Shown here piece by piece: positions 12,101 to 24,792 of a stretch of 64,000 bases of DNA (its first letter is position 1; each line of letters opens with the position of its first letter). The stretch is from assembly GCA_965235115.1 (NCBI GenBank), contig OZ249452.1:16120001-16184000 (forward strand), read 5' to 3'. Made by a program: the position numbers and the translations under genes. Below the pieces are notes generated by a model. It had not been told where the DNA came from, did no database searches, and saw only the letters and a list, made by a program, of their open reading frames with translations. The DNA is from Laetmonice hystrix (lineage: Eukaryota).

Positions 12101-15100
12101 ACTAGATACCCTATGACTGACCGATATTTTTCCGTGTTAATATTCTTAGTGTTGATATTAAACCTGTCTGATATGCAATGTTTTTCCTTTCTACCCTAAA
12201 ATGCAACCTTTGGATTGGGTGGTACTGTGTTACAAATTTTTGTAGTCTCACCTCGACCATTTTCCCACCTTTTTACCACCACCATTGCCGTCACAAGGTC
12301 TGCGTCCACCAACGGTCAACGACCGAGCCCCAGTTGAGGGTGCATCACCCAGTGTATAACCGGGCAATGACTGATTCCCTTCACACGAGTCGTATGAGTC
12401 TCACATCACCCGGCCCCCTGTCCCGTCTCAGTCTCACATCACCCAGCCCCCCATCACGTCTCAGTCTGACCTCATCCGGGCCAACATCTTCTCAAACAGA
12501 CTCTACATCAGCTCAGAGCCGTAACAGTAGATCTACACCCAACGTCCTGGTCAATGTAAATAGTAATGGTTCCGGTTCGAAACACAGAAACTCAAGTAAT
12601 TGGACCGGAACTACTCCGGGAGGGTTGGGTAGAACGTCTGAGGACAATCCAATGTTTGTCTCAGGGCAAGCGTTCAGTAAACCCAAACTCCATCACAATA
12701 CTGTCCAGCAAACAAGAACTGCTGATCTACAGGAAAGCAGAGATCCCACCCACCACTCTGAGATCGAGCGCAGCATTCCCGTGTGTATTGAGGACGACTC
12801 CGGCGATGAGGACACCTCTCCCTGGAAAGGCACAGATTCTCAGAGCTCTTCCACCTCAGATATTATAGACGGTCCTGAGAATGAGATGGTGGGGTATGTG
12901 GATGACATTTTTGATCATGGTGAAACACCACCAGAACAAAGGGAAGGATCTCCACCAGGGTTAACAAGACAACCTTCTCTGAAACTCCAGTCGAACCAAA
13001 CCCACACCCGCTCCTACACAAGCTTTGCGAGTTTTGAGGATGACAGCAGCGAGGAGGACGAAGACCTCCACTCTATCCTTTCTGATGATGACGTGTTACT
13101 CCACGGAGAACCGATAACAAGTATCCAGCAGATCAGAGTCAGAAATGTTTCTCTTCACAACGAACACAAAGGACAAGGAGAAAATGAAAGGATACCTCAG
13201 GAGAAGGAAATACAAAGGACGGATTCCCCAGCAGTGGTAGTTGATAGGGAAAACGACAGTAAACCACCACAGTCAGTCCAGGGTACCAGAACATGTATAT
13301 CACCAAAGATATTCTGGGCTCCACTACATATCAGACCTTTAAAAAGTGAGCGCATGCGTAAGGGAAGCCCCACAGTACCCCGGTCAGCATCCATTAATCG
13401 TAGCTCAAATTACCGCCAGGTGGCAGTCAGGTCACAGCGCGACCAACGGAGTGGAGCCACTCAAAGTTTTGATGGAACCAACGTGCCCCGTGGGTCAACC
13501 CGCGACCATATCGTTTATGTTCCCCTGGCTACAAGGACCATCTCACCAGATGATGTCTTTGGCCAGATGAGGAAGCCCAACCCACAGGAAGAAGTCGGTG
13601 AAAACTTTATTCAGAAAAGGGTAAAAAGATTTGAAAACCTTTCCCGTCAGCCCTCAAGTCCGCAGTCGGCCCTGTATCAAACTGCAAGGGGAGGAATTTT
13701 TACTCAGGTCGCTGGCGAACCTGTAGGGAGAGCAATACGTTGTGACCCTGAGGACGAACCTGTGGTGAGGCAGAGGAAGGCCAGCGGTCAGGCCAGGTTC
13801 TCTCACATGAGGGAAGAGAGTTACAAAAAAAGAACTGAGTCTTCTCTGGTGAGGGGAGAAAGTCCTCAAAATGGGGTTAGATCTCCTGTGATGAGGAGGG
13901 AGAGTCCTCCGACCCGGGCCAAGTCCTCCCTGAGGCGAGCGGAGAGTCCTCCGACCCGGCCCAAGTCCTCCATGAGGCGAGCAGAGAGTCCTCCGAACCG
14001 GGCCAAGTCCTCCATGAGACGAGCAGAGAGTCCTCCGAACCGGATGAAGTCCTCACTGAGGGAGACGCCCATGTGGAAGAGCATCATGACTCAGAGTCTG
14101 CCCATGGTGATCCTGACAGACGAGGGGGAGGACGACCAGGTTCTGCTCTCAGGGGGAGAGACCGAGGTCGGCGAGGATGAAGGATCAGTGGGGAATGCCT
14201 TGGACAGCCCATGGAGGTCTGGGACCCCACGGCGGTCCTCCCATGGGTCCCAACTGGGCCGCCCTCACAGTGCCCCACCACCTTCACTCCGGAGAAGGAT
14301 CAGCTGCCCGGGGTCCATAGCCACACCACGCCGGCCCAACCACGTCCACCAATCAGGGAGCAGTCAGAGATCACGTGGTTACAACCACGTGACCTCAAGC
14401 AGAGTGGGTCACCGCCAGGGGTCGCTGGACTCTCAGACCAGCACTGAAGAGGAGACGACCGACAGAGATAGACCTACCCACAGACCACTCAACATCAGTC
14501 CCCGACCTAAAAGTGCTCACTACCGTCGCCGCATGAGTCGAACGTCTCTGCTGAAGCAGGACTCGTGGGAGCAGGACGAAGAGGGACACACAACACCACC
14601 AGGAGCTCCTCGTATCGTGGTGAGTTACTCAGAGCCACAGAGACAACACCCAAGTGTGAACGGGTTGGTGGAAGAGGACCACTTGATCTACGAGCAGAGC
14701 GACACGGACCACATCAAAATGTTGAAGGTCCCAGACTGGCACCTGAGGTCAGAGGATGAGGAGAGCGACGAGGAATGGGCCACGGAATCTCTTCACCACT
14801 AGGTGGCGCTATAGCACTTCAACTTCGCGCCTTCACCACTAGGTGGCTGTAATTACTTTAGGGCACCGTGACAGACTTGTACAGTATTACCGTATCATCC
14901 TCAACCATCCACTATTAGGTATCTCTTTGAGGGTAAAACAAAATCTGATTCAGAATGCTTTATTACAATTAAGCGTCACTCAACAACAACAAAAAATAAG
15001 AACAAAAACAAAAAAGAATTGCGCCTTCTCAATGACATGTGATTTTCAGTCTGAGTCTGGGTTGAAGATAATAATATTGACTTACGTTACTTCATGCGTG

Positions 15101-18100
15101 AACATGTTCATCCCAGCGATATAAGACATCAGACTAAACGATTGGACTCTGATACAACAGGGACAATTAAAGAGAGAAAGATGTTGGTTTGGTGAGAAAA
15201 CAAAGGCACGGCTAGACCTGGACAGAACTGAAGAACTGAAGAGTACGGGCCAAACCAGTTTTTCCTTGGGTAAAGGAACATTATACTTTTGTTTGGAATG
15301 TAACTAAAACGACGAATGAGGGCATGGGAATGAATCACAGTGTTTTTATTCAGGATGTAAGCACAGATCTTTGTAAACATTGAGGTTAATACGTATAGCG
15401 ATTTGACGGTAATGTCCGTACCTCTCATCATTTCATTGGTTTTTTTCTGTTTGAGGTGATTTAAGTTAAAGTCTTGAATATTATAAATTATGAACTCTAA
15501 AACAGATCCCGTCTGAGAAAGTTTACCATTTCGATAAGATAACGATTTTCACAGCTTTTCTTTCTTTCTTTCGTCTTCTTTTTCTTCTTACATGACAACC
15601 CCCCCCCCCATGATTTTCATGACATGACCTTTCTTTTCTTGATTAGACAGAGTAGAATAAAAGGTATTGTGATCTAACCCACAAACTTGGCGTGTGTTGT
15701 TCCGCTTCACAATCGTTCCAAACGCAGCCATATTGTCCCTTTGTGCCGAGTTTATAAGCTCAGTGACCTTGACCCCGCCTGACCTTGACCCCTCTGTTTC
15801 AAGTGACCCCTTGGTGGCTGACCTCCAGCGGCAGATCGATGACCTAAGCCTGTTCCTTGAAGAGGAGAAACTCAACCACCGGGAAACGAAACGGAAAGTA
15901 TGTGTCTTCCCATTAACGATAATTACGATCCTAATTGCTAACATTGGATGTTTAATAACTGCCCTCCTAATTTCTAACATTAATTTTTTGCTAATTACAT
16001 CCCAGATTTTTAACATTGATATTAAATTATTATCCTAATTTCCAGGGGGCAGACCAGTTGAGAGACAAAATGGCCCAGTTACGCAATGAGCACGAAAGCA
16101 GCATGCAGTATGTCTCGCTTTATAATTCCTTCATTTTATTGGATGGGCCAGTCTACTTGACAGATTTAAAAATTGGGAACCTAATTATAGATTTCTGTCA
16201 GGGGCCAGCCGAGCAGTACAAGGTGTGACTGACGGAAGTCTATTGTGGTTCTGTCAGGATGCATACTTAGCTTGGTTTCTGTCAGAATACTGACTTAGCT
16301 ATCGATTTGATTTCTGTCGGGATGCTTAGTACTTAGCTATTGGTTTCTGTCAGAAATCTTACCTAGCTATCGATTTCCGACAGAAATCCTACTTAGCTAT
16401 CGATTTCTGTCGGAGTTTTACTTAGCTATCGGTTTCTGACAGAAATCCTACTTAGCTATTGATTTCTGTCAGGAGTTTTACTTAGCTATTGGTTTCTGTC
16501 AGGATGTTAACCGAGCGATACGAGGAACAGATAGAGAAACTCCAGAAGCAACACACAGATGTCCTATCCCAGCAAGCCCACAACGCTGACACCACTATCG
16601 GTAAAACCTTCACTTGTCTAAATATTTACAACCCATCGTTGACTTGAGATTGTCTTTTTGACAAACAATTTAATGATTAAAGTATGATTAGATTACATTA
16701 TTTTGCAGCCAAGCAGCGTGGGGAGATGGAATTCCTTCAAGGCGCCTTCGAATCGTACAAAGGTGGCATCCGCTCGGAGATGGAAGAGCGATGGAAATCG
16801 AGGGAAACTGAACTCCAGTTTCAATTTGAGGATCAGATCCAAAAGGCCGTCCATGGTGTCAGTAAGTGTTCACCACTTGGGGAAAGTGTCACTGAAATCA
16901 CTAGATGTGTGAAATGGTTTTCTGATGAAGTGAATGATGTCTAGAGTTGTACCGTCTTCATAATCTGTCCCTGCGGGTTCCGAGGGACATCAGGCCGTGA
17001 CCTGACCCGAGTAGGAGTTTATTAAATCAGTAATCCTACAAGCAAACTCTGTACTATTTTGAGCCTAATTTCCCTATTAAGACCTACGTTTAAGACGTGG
17101 TGAATAACCTTCATTACCGACTGATTTTGTTCAGTTATGTTCTGAAGTGTGTGCCATAATGAGTGGAGATCAATATTGGATATCCTTGGACGGATGGGCA
17201 CAAACAGACATCGTCTTGCCATAACATGACCATTCGTTTTGCTCAACCAGTGTCGTTTATTTTCCTCCCTAGGGACCGAAATGATCTCCGAACACGGAGA
17301 AGACAAGGCTGAGTTAGGTCGACGTCATGAAGAAGAGGTTCTAAAAGCTCGTCGAGAACACAAGAAGGAATTGGATGGACTAATCCGGCGATTCTCTAGT
17401 GTTGCCGCCGACCTGGAACGACTCAAGACAACAGAAGCCAGACTCCGGGTTTGTGAGATCAGTCATAGTGTGAACAACCTTACTGAAGCAGATTACTGCT
17501 GATAGCTTGTAAACATCTGAGTCGTTTCCCCCCCCCCCTCTTACAACAGGAGCAGGGGATTGCCTCCCGGTGACAGTTTTTTTTCTTCTCATTTTATCTT
17601 TATCATCACCCCAGGGACTCTTGGTATACAAATGTCTCAGCTAGACTGAATAAAATATAAATTTTGTATCCCCGCTGATTTCCTATGGTAATATAACCAC
17701 GATATTTGGATTGGGGGGGACGTCAAAACGTCTTGCCATTCCTAGTCATGCATCTAACCCCTACTGCTGTCGGTCCCCTAGCCCCTGGTCCTGCCGGTCC
17801 CCTAGCCCCTGGTCCTGCCAGTCCCCTAGCCCCTGGTCCTGCTGGTCCCCTAACCCATGCTCCTGCTGGTCCCCTAACCCCTGCTCCCGCCGGTCCCCTG
17901 GTCCTGCTGGTCCCCTAACCACACACGACAATTATCCATGACCTGTGTCTGTCCGTTCACCCCACAGGAGGTCGAGGAGGAGGCGGAGTCTCTGAAGGCA
18001 CAGTATGATATCGTCTGCTCGGAGCTTGGAGAACGGACACAGGAACTCACAGATACCGTGAGTCTCATACAAAACTCAAAAACTACAACTCACTAAACTC

Positions 18101-20332
18101 AAAAACTACTACTCACTAAACTCAAAAACTACTACACATGTACTCACTAAACTCAAAAACTACAACTCATATAGGTTCAAAAATTACTACTCACTAAACT
18201 CAAAAACTACAACTCACTAAGCTGAAAAACGTTTACTCGTATAATGTTTGCTTCATTTTCTAGTGTTGAGTCCACTTGGCTGAAGAGGTCAAGTTTTACA
18301 GGAAAGTGTGATATATACTTGTTATTTTATCTGACTTTAGAAGGTCGAGTTGATCAACTTTGAGCAGAAGTTTGAGGAGAGAGTGAAAGAAGTGGACGAG
18401 AGATACAAGGAAAGGATACACAACCTTATGATTCAGAATACCGAACTAAGGTAACGTCTCCTCACAACCGTATTCAAGTCACTGCCGTTGGCAACGTTTA
18501 GCAGGTTGATAATTTCATATTTCACAGTTTGTACATCTGGGCCACCGTAGTACGACCTATTATCAAGTATTTGCTGTGTCTGTTTTAATAGGCGCCTGTA
18601 TGTGAAGAAGTGTAGCCAGCTGTTTGAGGAGAAGGCAACCTCAGAAGTTACCCGGATGGAACGAACGGTCAGCGCCAAGGAGACCATGAGGGTATGCAGT
18701 GCTGCCAACCCGCGGCTAACAAAAGCATCACGTTACAGAATTACATAAAATCGCACCGGTACTAGGACTATAATAGTACTTATATAAAACTGTAGGCTGT
18801 TGAGTTGTTCATTTAACTGCAATTTCCATTAATTAAAGACCCTTCTCCCTCCTTACATGTATTAGTTAAGTACTAATACCTCATGAATTTCATTCTTTTT
18901 ATTTTGTTCTGTCTTTCAGAAGTCATTAAGGTATTTAGATAATTATTCTCTTCCAACGTTATGAGTGAAGAATCTAAGTTCATCAATGTATCGCTTGACG
19001 ATAATTACTATTTGCAGCCTCCTATTTTATACAAGTTTGCTGGACAAAAAAATGGGTTGAATTCGGCTGACAAGCTTGAAGATCAGGTGTAGGGTTAGAC
19101 ATAATGGATCCAAGTGTATATTTGTACCGGTAAGCGCATGCTGTGACAAGGCTGTTTGACTGTATACCAAGAACCACTTATCCCTGTACATTTCCTGTCG
19201 GGTCCGACCGTTTTGATGGTTCAGTAGGGCGTGAAGAAATTGTAGTCTGAAGTTCAGAGAGTCCTTGTAATTGTCAGGGTTGTAAAATCTCGCATTGAGG
19301 CACACAGCGTTTATGCTTAGTTTGCCATTTTTGCCAAGGGTTGTGTTTATCTCGTTGTTTTTTAAGGTTTGGTTATGGCCTTGATCGTCCTTGTACAATG
19401 TATTCTTTAGATGGCATAGTATTTACTTTCACAGAATGTTTCCAGCATTTTACAGAATAGAATCTGCAATAATTGTGTTTCATGAGATTCAAAGTGTTAT
19501 CAACTTTGTAACATGCCAATTTCTGTGCTTCATATCCGGTACGTACAGGTCATAAAACGCTAGGTACGCACCTGGTATATTATATCTCATTGTGTAGATA
19601 GATGTATGTACCAGCCTATTGTGGAGTTGTCATTTACAGACTGAGGTGGCACATGATTTAAGGATGTAGGTTTTATACACTATCCATAAAATATACTCCT
19701 ATGACTAAAATGTTTGTCTCTGCTTCTAGACAGTGATAGTGGCAAGGACGCGGGCGAACGTCAGTCTGGCTACAGTTGATCGATCCTCGGATAACGAGCC
19801 CAGGCCGGGTAAAGACCGCCCGACAAGCGCTCCCGTCACACAGGCTGAGCGGCACACGGCCCGTCTCAGTGCCAGGGAGACTGTAGGGGAGGTCGGTATT
19901 AGGGACACGGCCCGTCTCAGTGTCGGGGAGACTGTAGGGGAGGCCGGTATTAGGGACACGGCCCGTCTCAGTGGCGGGGAGACTGTAGGAGTAGCCGGTA
20001 TTAGGAACATGGCCCGTCTCAGTGCCAGGGAGACTGTAGGGGAGGCCGGTATTAGGGACACGGCCCGTCTCAGTGGCGGGGAGACTGTAGGAGTAGCCGG
20101 TATTAGGGACATGGCCCGTCTCAGTGTCGGGGAGACTGTAGGGGAGGTCGGTATTAGGGACACAACCCGTCTCAGTGCCGGGGAGACTGTAGGGGAGGTC
20201 GGTATTAGGGACACAGCCCGTCTCAGTCCCGGGGAGACTGTAGGGGTAGCCGGTATCAGAAGCAGGCACATCAGCCCACAGAGCAGGACATCTCCACGGC
20301 GGAGTTTTACAGAAGTTGAAGACATGGATTAA
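9145..20332 (+). CDS. FLACC1: Flagellum-associated coiled-coil protein 1 (FLACC1/ALS2CR12)-like; 16 exons, ~666 aa
   Basis: In-phase exons 9145-9179, 10283-10393, 10559-10601, 10931-10959, 11253-11361, 11482-11600, 11911-11934, 15759-15897, 16046-16107, 16503-16600, 16709-16861, 17273-17448, 17968-18057, 18341-18450, 18592-18691, 19730-20332. Segments PW..GARTIKHPDL, VVAPGYLLSRSKSKIAMYIKTDEFF, LVADLQRQIDDL, FLQGAFESYKGGIRSEMEERW and YKERIHNLMIQNTELR resemble my recollection of vertebrate FLACC1. The first four exons and the start codon are less certain. Confidence 0.7.
9488..10103. repeat. GC-rich 86-bp minisatellite with ~300-bp higher-order period (intronic)
   Basis: Unit starts at 9502, 9588, 9674; the variant insert CAGGGTCA(T/G)CAACCCGCCCC recurs at ~9705 and ~10005. 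Confidence 0.9.
11065..11252 (+). repeat. 83-85 bp tandem duplication of a 3' splice-site region
   Basis: ATTTGTTGTTTGCTGTAACAG at 11065 and 11148; variant ATTTGTGTTTGCTGGGACAG at 11233 is the inferred real acceptor. Confidence 0.85.
12246..14802 (+). CDS. 2.5-kb alternative (probably terminal) exon of the FLACC1-like gene encoding ~850 aa of Ser/Arg/Pro/acidic disordered sequence
   Basis: 874-codon ORF 12178-14802; acceptor TTTTTGTAG|T at 12246 is phase 2, matching the donor at 11934. Internal repeats SLTSPxPxSRL x3 and RRAESPPxRxKSS x4. Could instead be a separate single-exon gene starting at ATG 12368. Confidence 0.6.
14791..14850 (+). promoter_or_regulatory. Duplicated CTCF-like motif overlapping the TAG of the large exon
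   Basis: CTTCACCACTAGGTGGC at 14791 and 14831; the first continues GCT giving CCACTAGGTGGCGCT. Confidence 0.45.
16245..16502 (+). repeat. Degenerate ~30-bp intronic repeat ending at the 16503 acceptor
   Basis: TACTTAGCTAT(C/T)G(A/G)TTTCTGTCAG units, ~8 copies. Confidence 0.8.
17771..17915. repeat. 24-bp intronic minisatellite, ~6 copies
   Basis: GGTCCCCTAGCCCCTGGTCCTGCC units. Confidence 0.85.
18069..18230. repeat. ~23-bp A/C-rich intronic minisatellite
   Basis: AAACTCAAAAACTACAACTCACT units, ~6 copies. Confidence 0.8.
19855..20262 (+). repeat. Coding 51-bp (17-aa) tandem repeat x8 in the last FLACC1-like exon
   Basis: TARLSxxETVGxxGIRD repeated eight times with no frameshift. Confidence 0.9.
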
Positions 20333-20590
20333 TTCCTGGAACAACCACACATTTGATAATCAATGAGCACCCATGACATGTATACACAATACAATAAATA
20401 AAGTTTCTTATCCGTTAATCATCTTTTCTGGTTACATCCCGGTTTTTGCCGTGAAAATGACTCTCCCTCCCGTAATGGGCCTATGGTCTGATAGACCTAT
20501 ATCCCTGAAAACCCCCATCAGCCCTCATTGGTCAGGTGTTTTACGTGAGAGCTAATCCCACCATTCCAACTATACAGGAATCCCCTTATC

Positions 20591-23500
20591 TTGGAACACC
20601 CCTCACGGTGCTCGAACACTACTGTCTGCCCACCCCACGGCAGTCGGTGCTCGAGTCCCTTGGAACCCCTCACGGTGCTCCAACACTGTCTGCCCACCCC
20701 ACGGCAGTCGGTGCTCGAGTCCCTTGGAACACCCCTCACGGTGCTCCAACCCTGTCTGCCCACCCCACGGCAGTAGGTGCTCGAGTCCCTTGGAACCCCT
20801 CACGGTGCTCCAACACTGTCTGCCCACCCCACGGCAGTCGGTGCTCGAGTCCCTTGGACCACCCCTCACGGTGCTCCAACACTGTCTGCCCACCCCACGG
20901 CCGTCGGTGCTCGAGTCCCTTGGAACACCCCTCACGGTGCTCCAACACTGATTGCCCACCCCACGGCAGTCGGTGCTCGAGTCCCTTGGAACCCCTCACG
21001 GTGCTCCAACACTGTCTGCCCACCCCACGGCAGTCGGTGCTCGAGTCCCTTGGAACACCCCTCACGGTGCTCCAACACTACTGTCTGCCCACCCCACGGC
21101 AGTCGGTGCTCGAGTCCCTTGGAACACCCCTCACGGTGCTCCAACACTACTGTCTGTCCACCCCACGGCAGTCGGTGCTCGAGTCCCTTGGAACACCCCT
21201 CACGGTGCTCGAACACTACTGTCTGCCCACCCCACGGCAGTCGGTGCTCGAGTCCCTTGGAACCCCTCACGGTGCTCCAACACTGTCTGCCCACCCCACC
21301 GCCGTCGGTGCTCGAGTCCCCTGGAACACCCCTCACGGTGCTCGAACACTACTGTCTGCCCACCCCACGGCAGTCGGTGCTCGAGTCCCTTGGAACACCC
21401 CTCACGGTGCTCCAACCCTGTCTGCCCACCCCACGGCAGTCGGTGCTCGAGTCCCCTGGAACACCCCTCACGGTGCTCGAACACTACTGTCTGCCCACCC
21501 CACGGCAGTCGGTGCTCGAGTCCCTTGGAACACCCCTCACGGTGCTCCAACCCTGTCTGCCCACCCCACGGCAGTCGGTGCTCGAGTCCCTTGAAACACC
21601 CCTCACGGTGCTCCAACACTGTCTGCCCACCCCACGGCAGTCGGTGCTCGAGTCCCTTGGAACACCCCTCACGGTGCTCCAACACTGTCTGCCCACCCCA
21701 CGGCAGTCGGTGCTCGAGTCCCTTGGAACACCCCTCACGGTGCTCCAACACTGTCTGCCCACCCCACGGCAGTCGGTGCTCGAGTCCCTTGGAACACCCC
21801 TCACGGTGCTCCAACACTGTCTGCCCACCCCACGGCAGTCGATGCTTGAGTCCCTTGGAACACCCCTCACGGTGCTCGAACACTACTGTCTGCCCACCCC
21901 ACGGCAGTCGGTGCTCGAGTCCCTTGGAACCCCTCACGGTGCTCGAACACTACTGTCTGCCCACCCCACGGCAGTCGGTGCTCGAGTCCCTTGGAACACC
22001 CCTCACGGTGCTCCAACACTACTGTCTGCCCACCCCACGGCCGTCGGTGCTCGAGTCCCTTGGAACACCCCTCACGGTGCTCCAACACTGTCTGCCCACC
22101 CCACGGCAGTCGATGCTCGAGTCCCTTGGAACACCCCTCACGGTGCTCGAACACTACTGTCTGCCCACCCCACGGCAGTCGGTGCTCGAGTCCCTTGGAA
22201 CACCCCTCACGGTGCTCCAACACTGTCTGCCCACCCCACGGCAGTCGATGCTCGAGTCCCTTGGAACACCCCTCACGGTGCTCCAACACTGTCTGCCCAC
22301 CCCACGGCAGTCGGTGCTCGAGTCCCTTGGAACCCCTCACGGTGCTCGAACACTACTGTCTGCCCACCCCACGGCAGTCGGTGCTCGAGTCCCTTGGAAC
22401 ACCCCTCACGGTGCTCCAACACTGTCTGCCCACCCCACGGCAGTCGATGCTCGAGTCCCTTGGAACACCCCTCACGGTGCTCGAACACTACTGTCTGCCC
22501 ACCCCACGGCAGTCGGTGCTCGAGTCTCTTGGAACCCCTCACGGTGCTCGAACACTACTGTCTGCCCACCCCACGGCAGTCGGTGCTCGAGTCCCTTGGA
22601 ACCCCTCACGGTGCTCCAACACTGTCTGCCCACCCCACGGCAGTCGGTGCTCGAGTCCCTTGGAACCCCTCACGGTGCTCCAACACTACTGTCTGCCCAC
22701 CCCACGGCAGTCGGTGCTCGAGTCCCTTGGAACCCCTCACGGTGCTCCAACACTACTGTCTGCCCACCCCACGGCAGTCGGTGCTCGAGTCCCTTGGAAC
22801 ACCCCTCACGGTGCTCCAACACTACTGTCTGCCCACCCCACGGCAGTCGGTGCTCGAGTCCCTTGGAACACCCCTCACGGTGCTCCAACACTACTGTCTG
22901 CCCACCCCACGGCAGTCGGTGCTCTAGTCCCTTGGAACCCCTCACGGTGCTCCAACACTGTCTGCCCACCCCACGGCCGTCGGTGCTCGAGTCCCTTGGA
23001 ACCCCTCACGGTGCTCGAACACTACTGTCTGCCCACCCCACGGCAGTCGGTGCTCGAGTCCCTTGGAACCCCTCACGGTGCTCCAACACTGTCTGCCCAC
23101 CCCACGGCAGTCGGTGCTCGAGTCCCTTGGAACCCCTCACGGTGCTCCAACACTGTCTGCCCACCCCACGGCCGTCGGTGCTCGAGTCCCTTGGGACACC
23201 CCTCACGGTGCTCGAACACTGTCTGCCAACCCCACGGCAGTCGGTGCTCGAGTCCCTTGGAACACCCCTCACGGTGCTCCAACACTGTCTGCCCACCCCA
23301 CGGCAGTCGGTGCTCGAGTCCCTTGGAACCCCTCACGGTGCTCAAACACTGTCTGCCCACCCCACGGCCGTCGGTGCTCGAGTCCCTTAGAACACCCCTC
23401 ACGGTGCTCCAACACTGTCTGCCCACCCCATGGCAGTCGGTGCTCGAGTCCCTTGGAACCCCTCACGGTGCTCCAACACTACTGTCTGCCCACCCCACGG

Positions 23501-23833
23501 CAGTCGGTGCTCGAGTCCCTTGGAACCCCTCACGGTGCTCCAACACTGTCTGCCCACCCCACGGCAGTCGGTGCTCGAGTCCCTTGGAACACCCCTCACG
23601 GTGCTCCAACATTGTCTGCCCACCCCGCGGCAGTCGGTGATCGAGTCCCTTGGAACACCCCTCACGGTGCTCCAACACTGTCTGCCCACCCCACGGCAGT
23701 CGGTGCTCGAGTCCCTTGGAACACCCCTCACGGTGCTCCAACACTGTCTGCCCACCCCACGGCCGTCGGTGCTCGAGTCCCTTGGAACCCCTCACGGTGC
23801 TCCAACACTGTCTGCCCACCCCACGGCCGTCGG
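20591..23833. repeat. 3.2-kb CpG-rich minisatellite, 64-69 bp unit, ~49 copies
   Basis: GGAA(CA)CCCCTCACGGTGCTC(C/G)AACA(CTA)CTGTCTGCCCACCCCACGGCAGTCGGTGCTCGAGTCCCTT; one CTCGAG in most units. Confidence 0.97.
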
Positions 23834-24720
23834 CACGGATTGCAGCACCTTGTTCTATGCGGGCACAGTGCAGGTTGATCAGGTCCGTCCCAGTTGTCAC
23901 CGCCCAGACATAGGCAGGCTGACATCAGGTAAGGGCGTACGCACATACGAAGTTCTTTTCAACTTTATATTGCACTGATAAATTTCGCCTATGCTTATAT
24001 GTCGTTTCATTGTAATTATGTGTCAGAGTATGCCATGAGGACTTAATTTTACCGTGCGACCTTTTTCCTGTTGGAACTGGCTCTTCACATCCTTAACCTG
24101 AATCCTTAACTTGAATCTAGGGACCGAAACAGGGTTAGGAATAGTCCCAGAAGATTTGAGATATTACCCCAAGTTTCGTTGAGAGATCGCCATGAGCGAT
24201 TTTGCAATACTGACTGAGACAAATTTGTGGCAATGTGTTTAAAAACATACTGCGCATTACCGAGATAGCTATACACCCTGCTATTGATGAGTCAGCAAGA
24301 AGAATGCCTAAAGGGCGGGTTGTTAGTAACAGCTAGACTGTTTGAAAGAAAGTACAACTCCCATTAAAATCAATATCATCTTTATTTATGCCACAATGTC
24401 TCAAACGCGATTTGGTGCATGAAAAATTTCTCAAAATCTCGGGTTATGACATTTTCTGTGCATTGTACGCGAAAAATTCATAATTTTGTTAATGAGACGT
24501 CCTAAGCCTAAAAACAGTACATGTAGGACCGGTCCACTCCGCCCCCACTCTGGCCCGGCGACGCCGGGATCCTGTCGGTTCCCTGTCTTTCCCCTTTGGT
24601 CCTCTAACAAAGCTCTGATTAAGCAATCCGACCCTTTTTGTGAAGGTATCAGTTTACCTTCCCGAAAACCCGGTAGTAGATTTTTATATCTACTACCGGG
24701 TTTTGGGGAAGTTCGGGAAG

Positions 24721-24792
24721 TCTGGGGTGGCGCAGTGGTTAGAGCATGGGACCTTTTATCCAAAGCTTCTGTGTTCGGGCCGCGTCGGACTT
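24721..24792 (+). pseudogene. tRNA-Lys-like remnant or tRNA-derived SINE head
   Basis: A-box TGGCGCAGTGG, then TTAGAGCATGGGAC-CTTTTA-TCCAAAG and a degenerate B-box GTGTTCGGGCC, colinear with eukaryotic tRNA-Lys (AGAGCATGGGACTCTTAATCCCAGGGTCGTGGGTTCGAGCC); acceptor and T stems do not pair well. Confidence 0.55.

Noticed and set aside
18920-18930. Possible 11-nt micro-exon (TTTCAG|AAGTCATTAAG|GTATTT)
   Set aside because: Would shift the frame; exons 18592-18691 and 19730 already join in phase.
20591-23833. CRISPR-like array (also considered for 4101-5073 and 40079-40802)
   Set aside because: Head-to-tail repeats with no unique spacers, no cas genes, eukaryotic context.
20536-23978. ORFs of 352-812 aa on + and many on -
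   Set aside because: Products of a stop-free 64-69 bp unit; frames switch at every 2-bp indel, no splice support.
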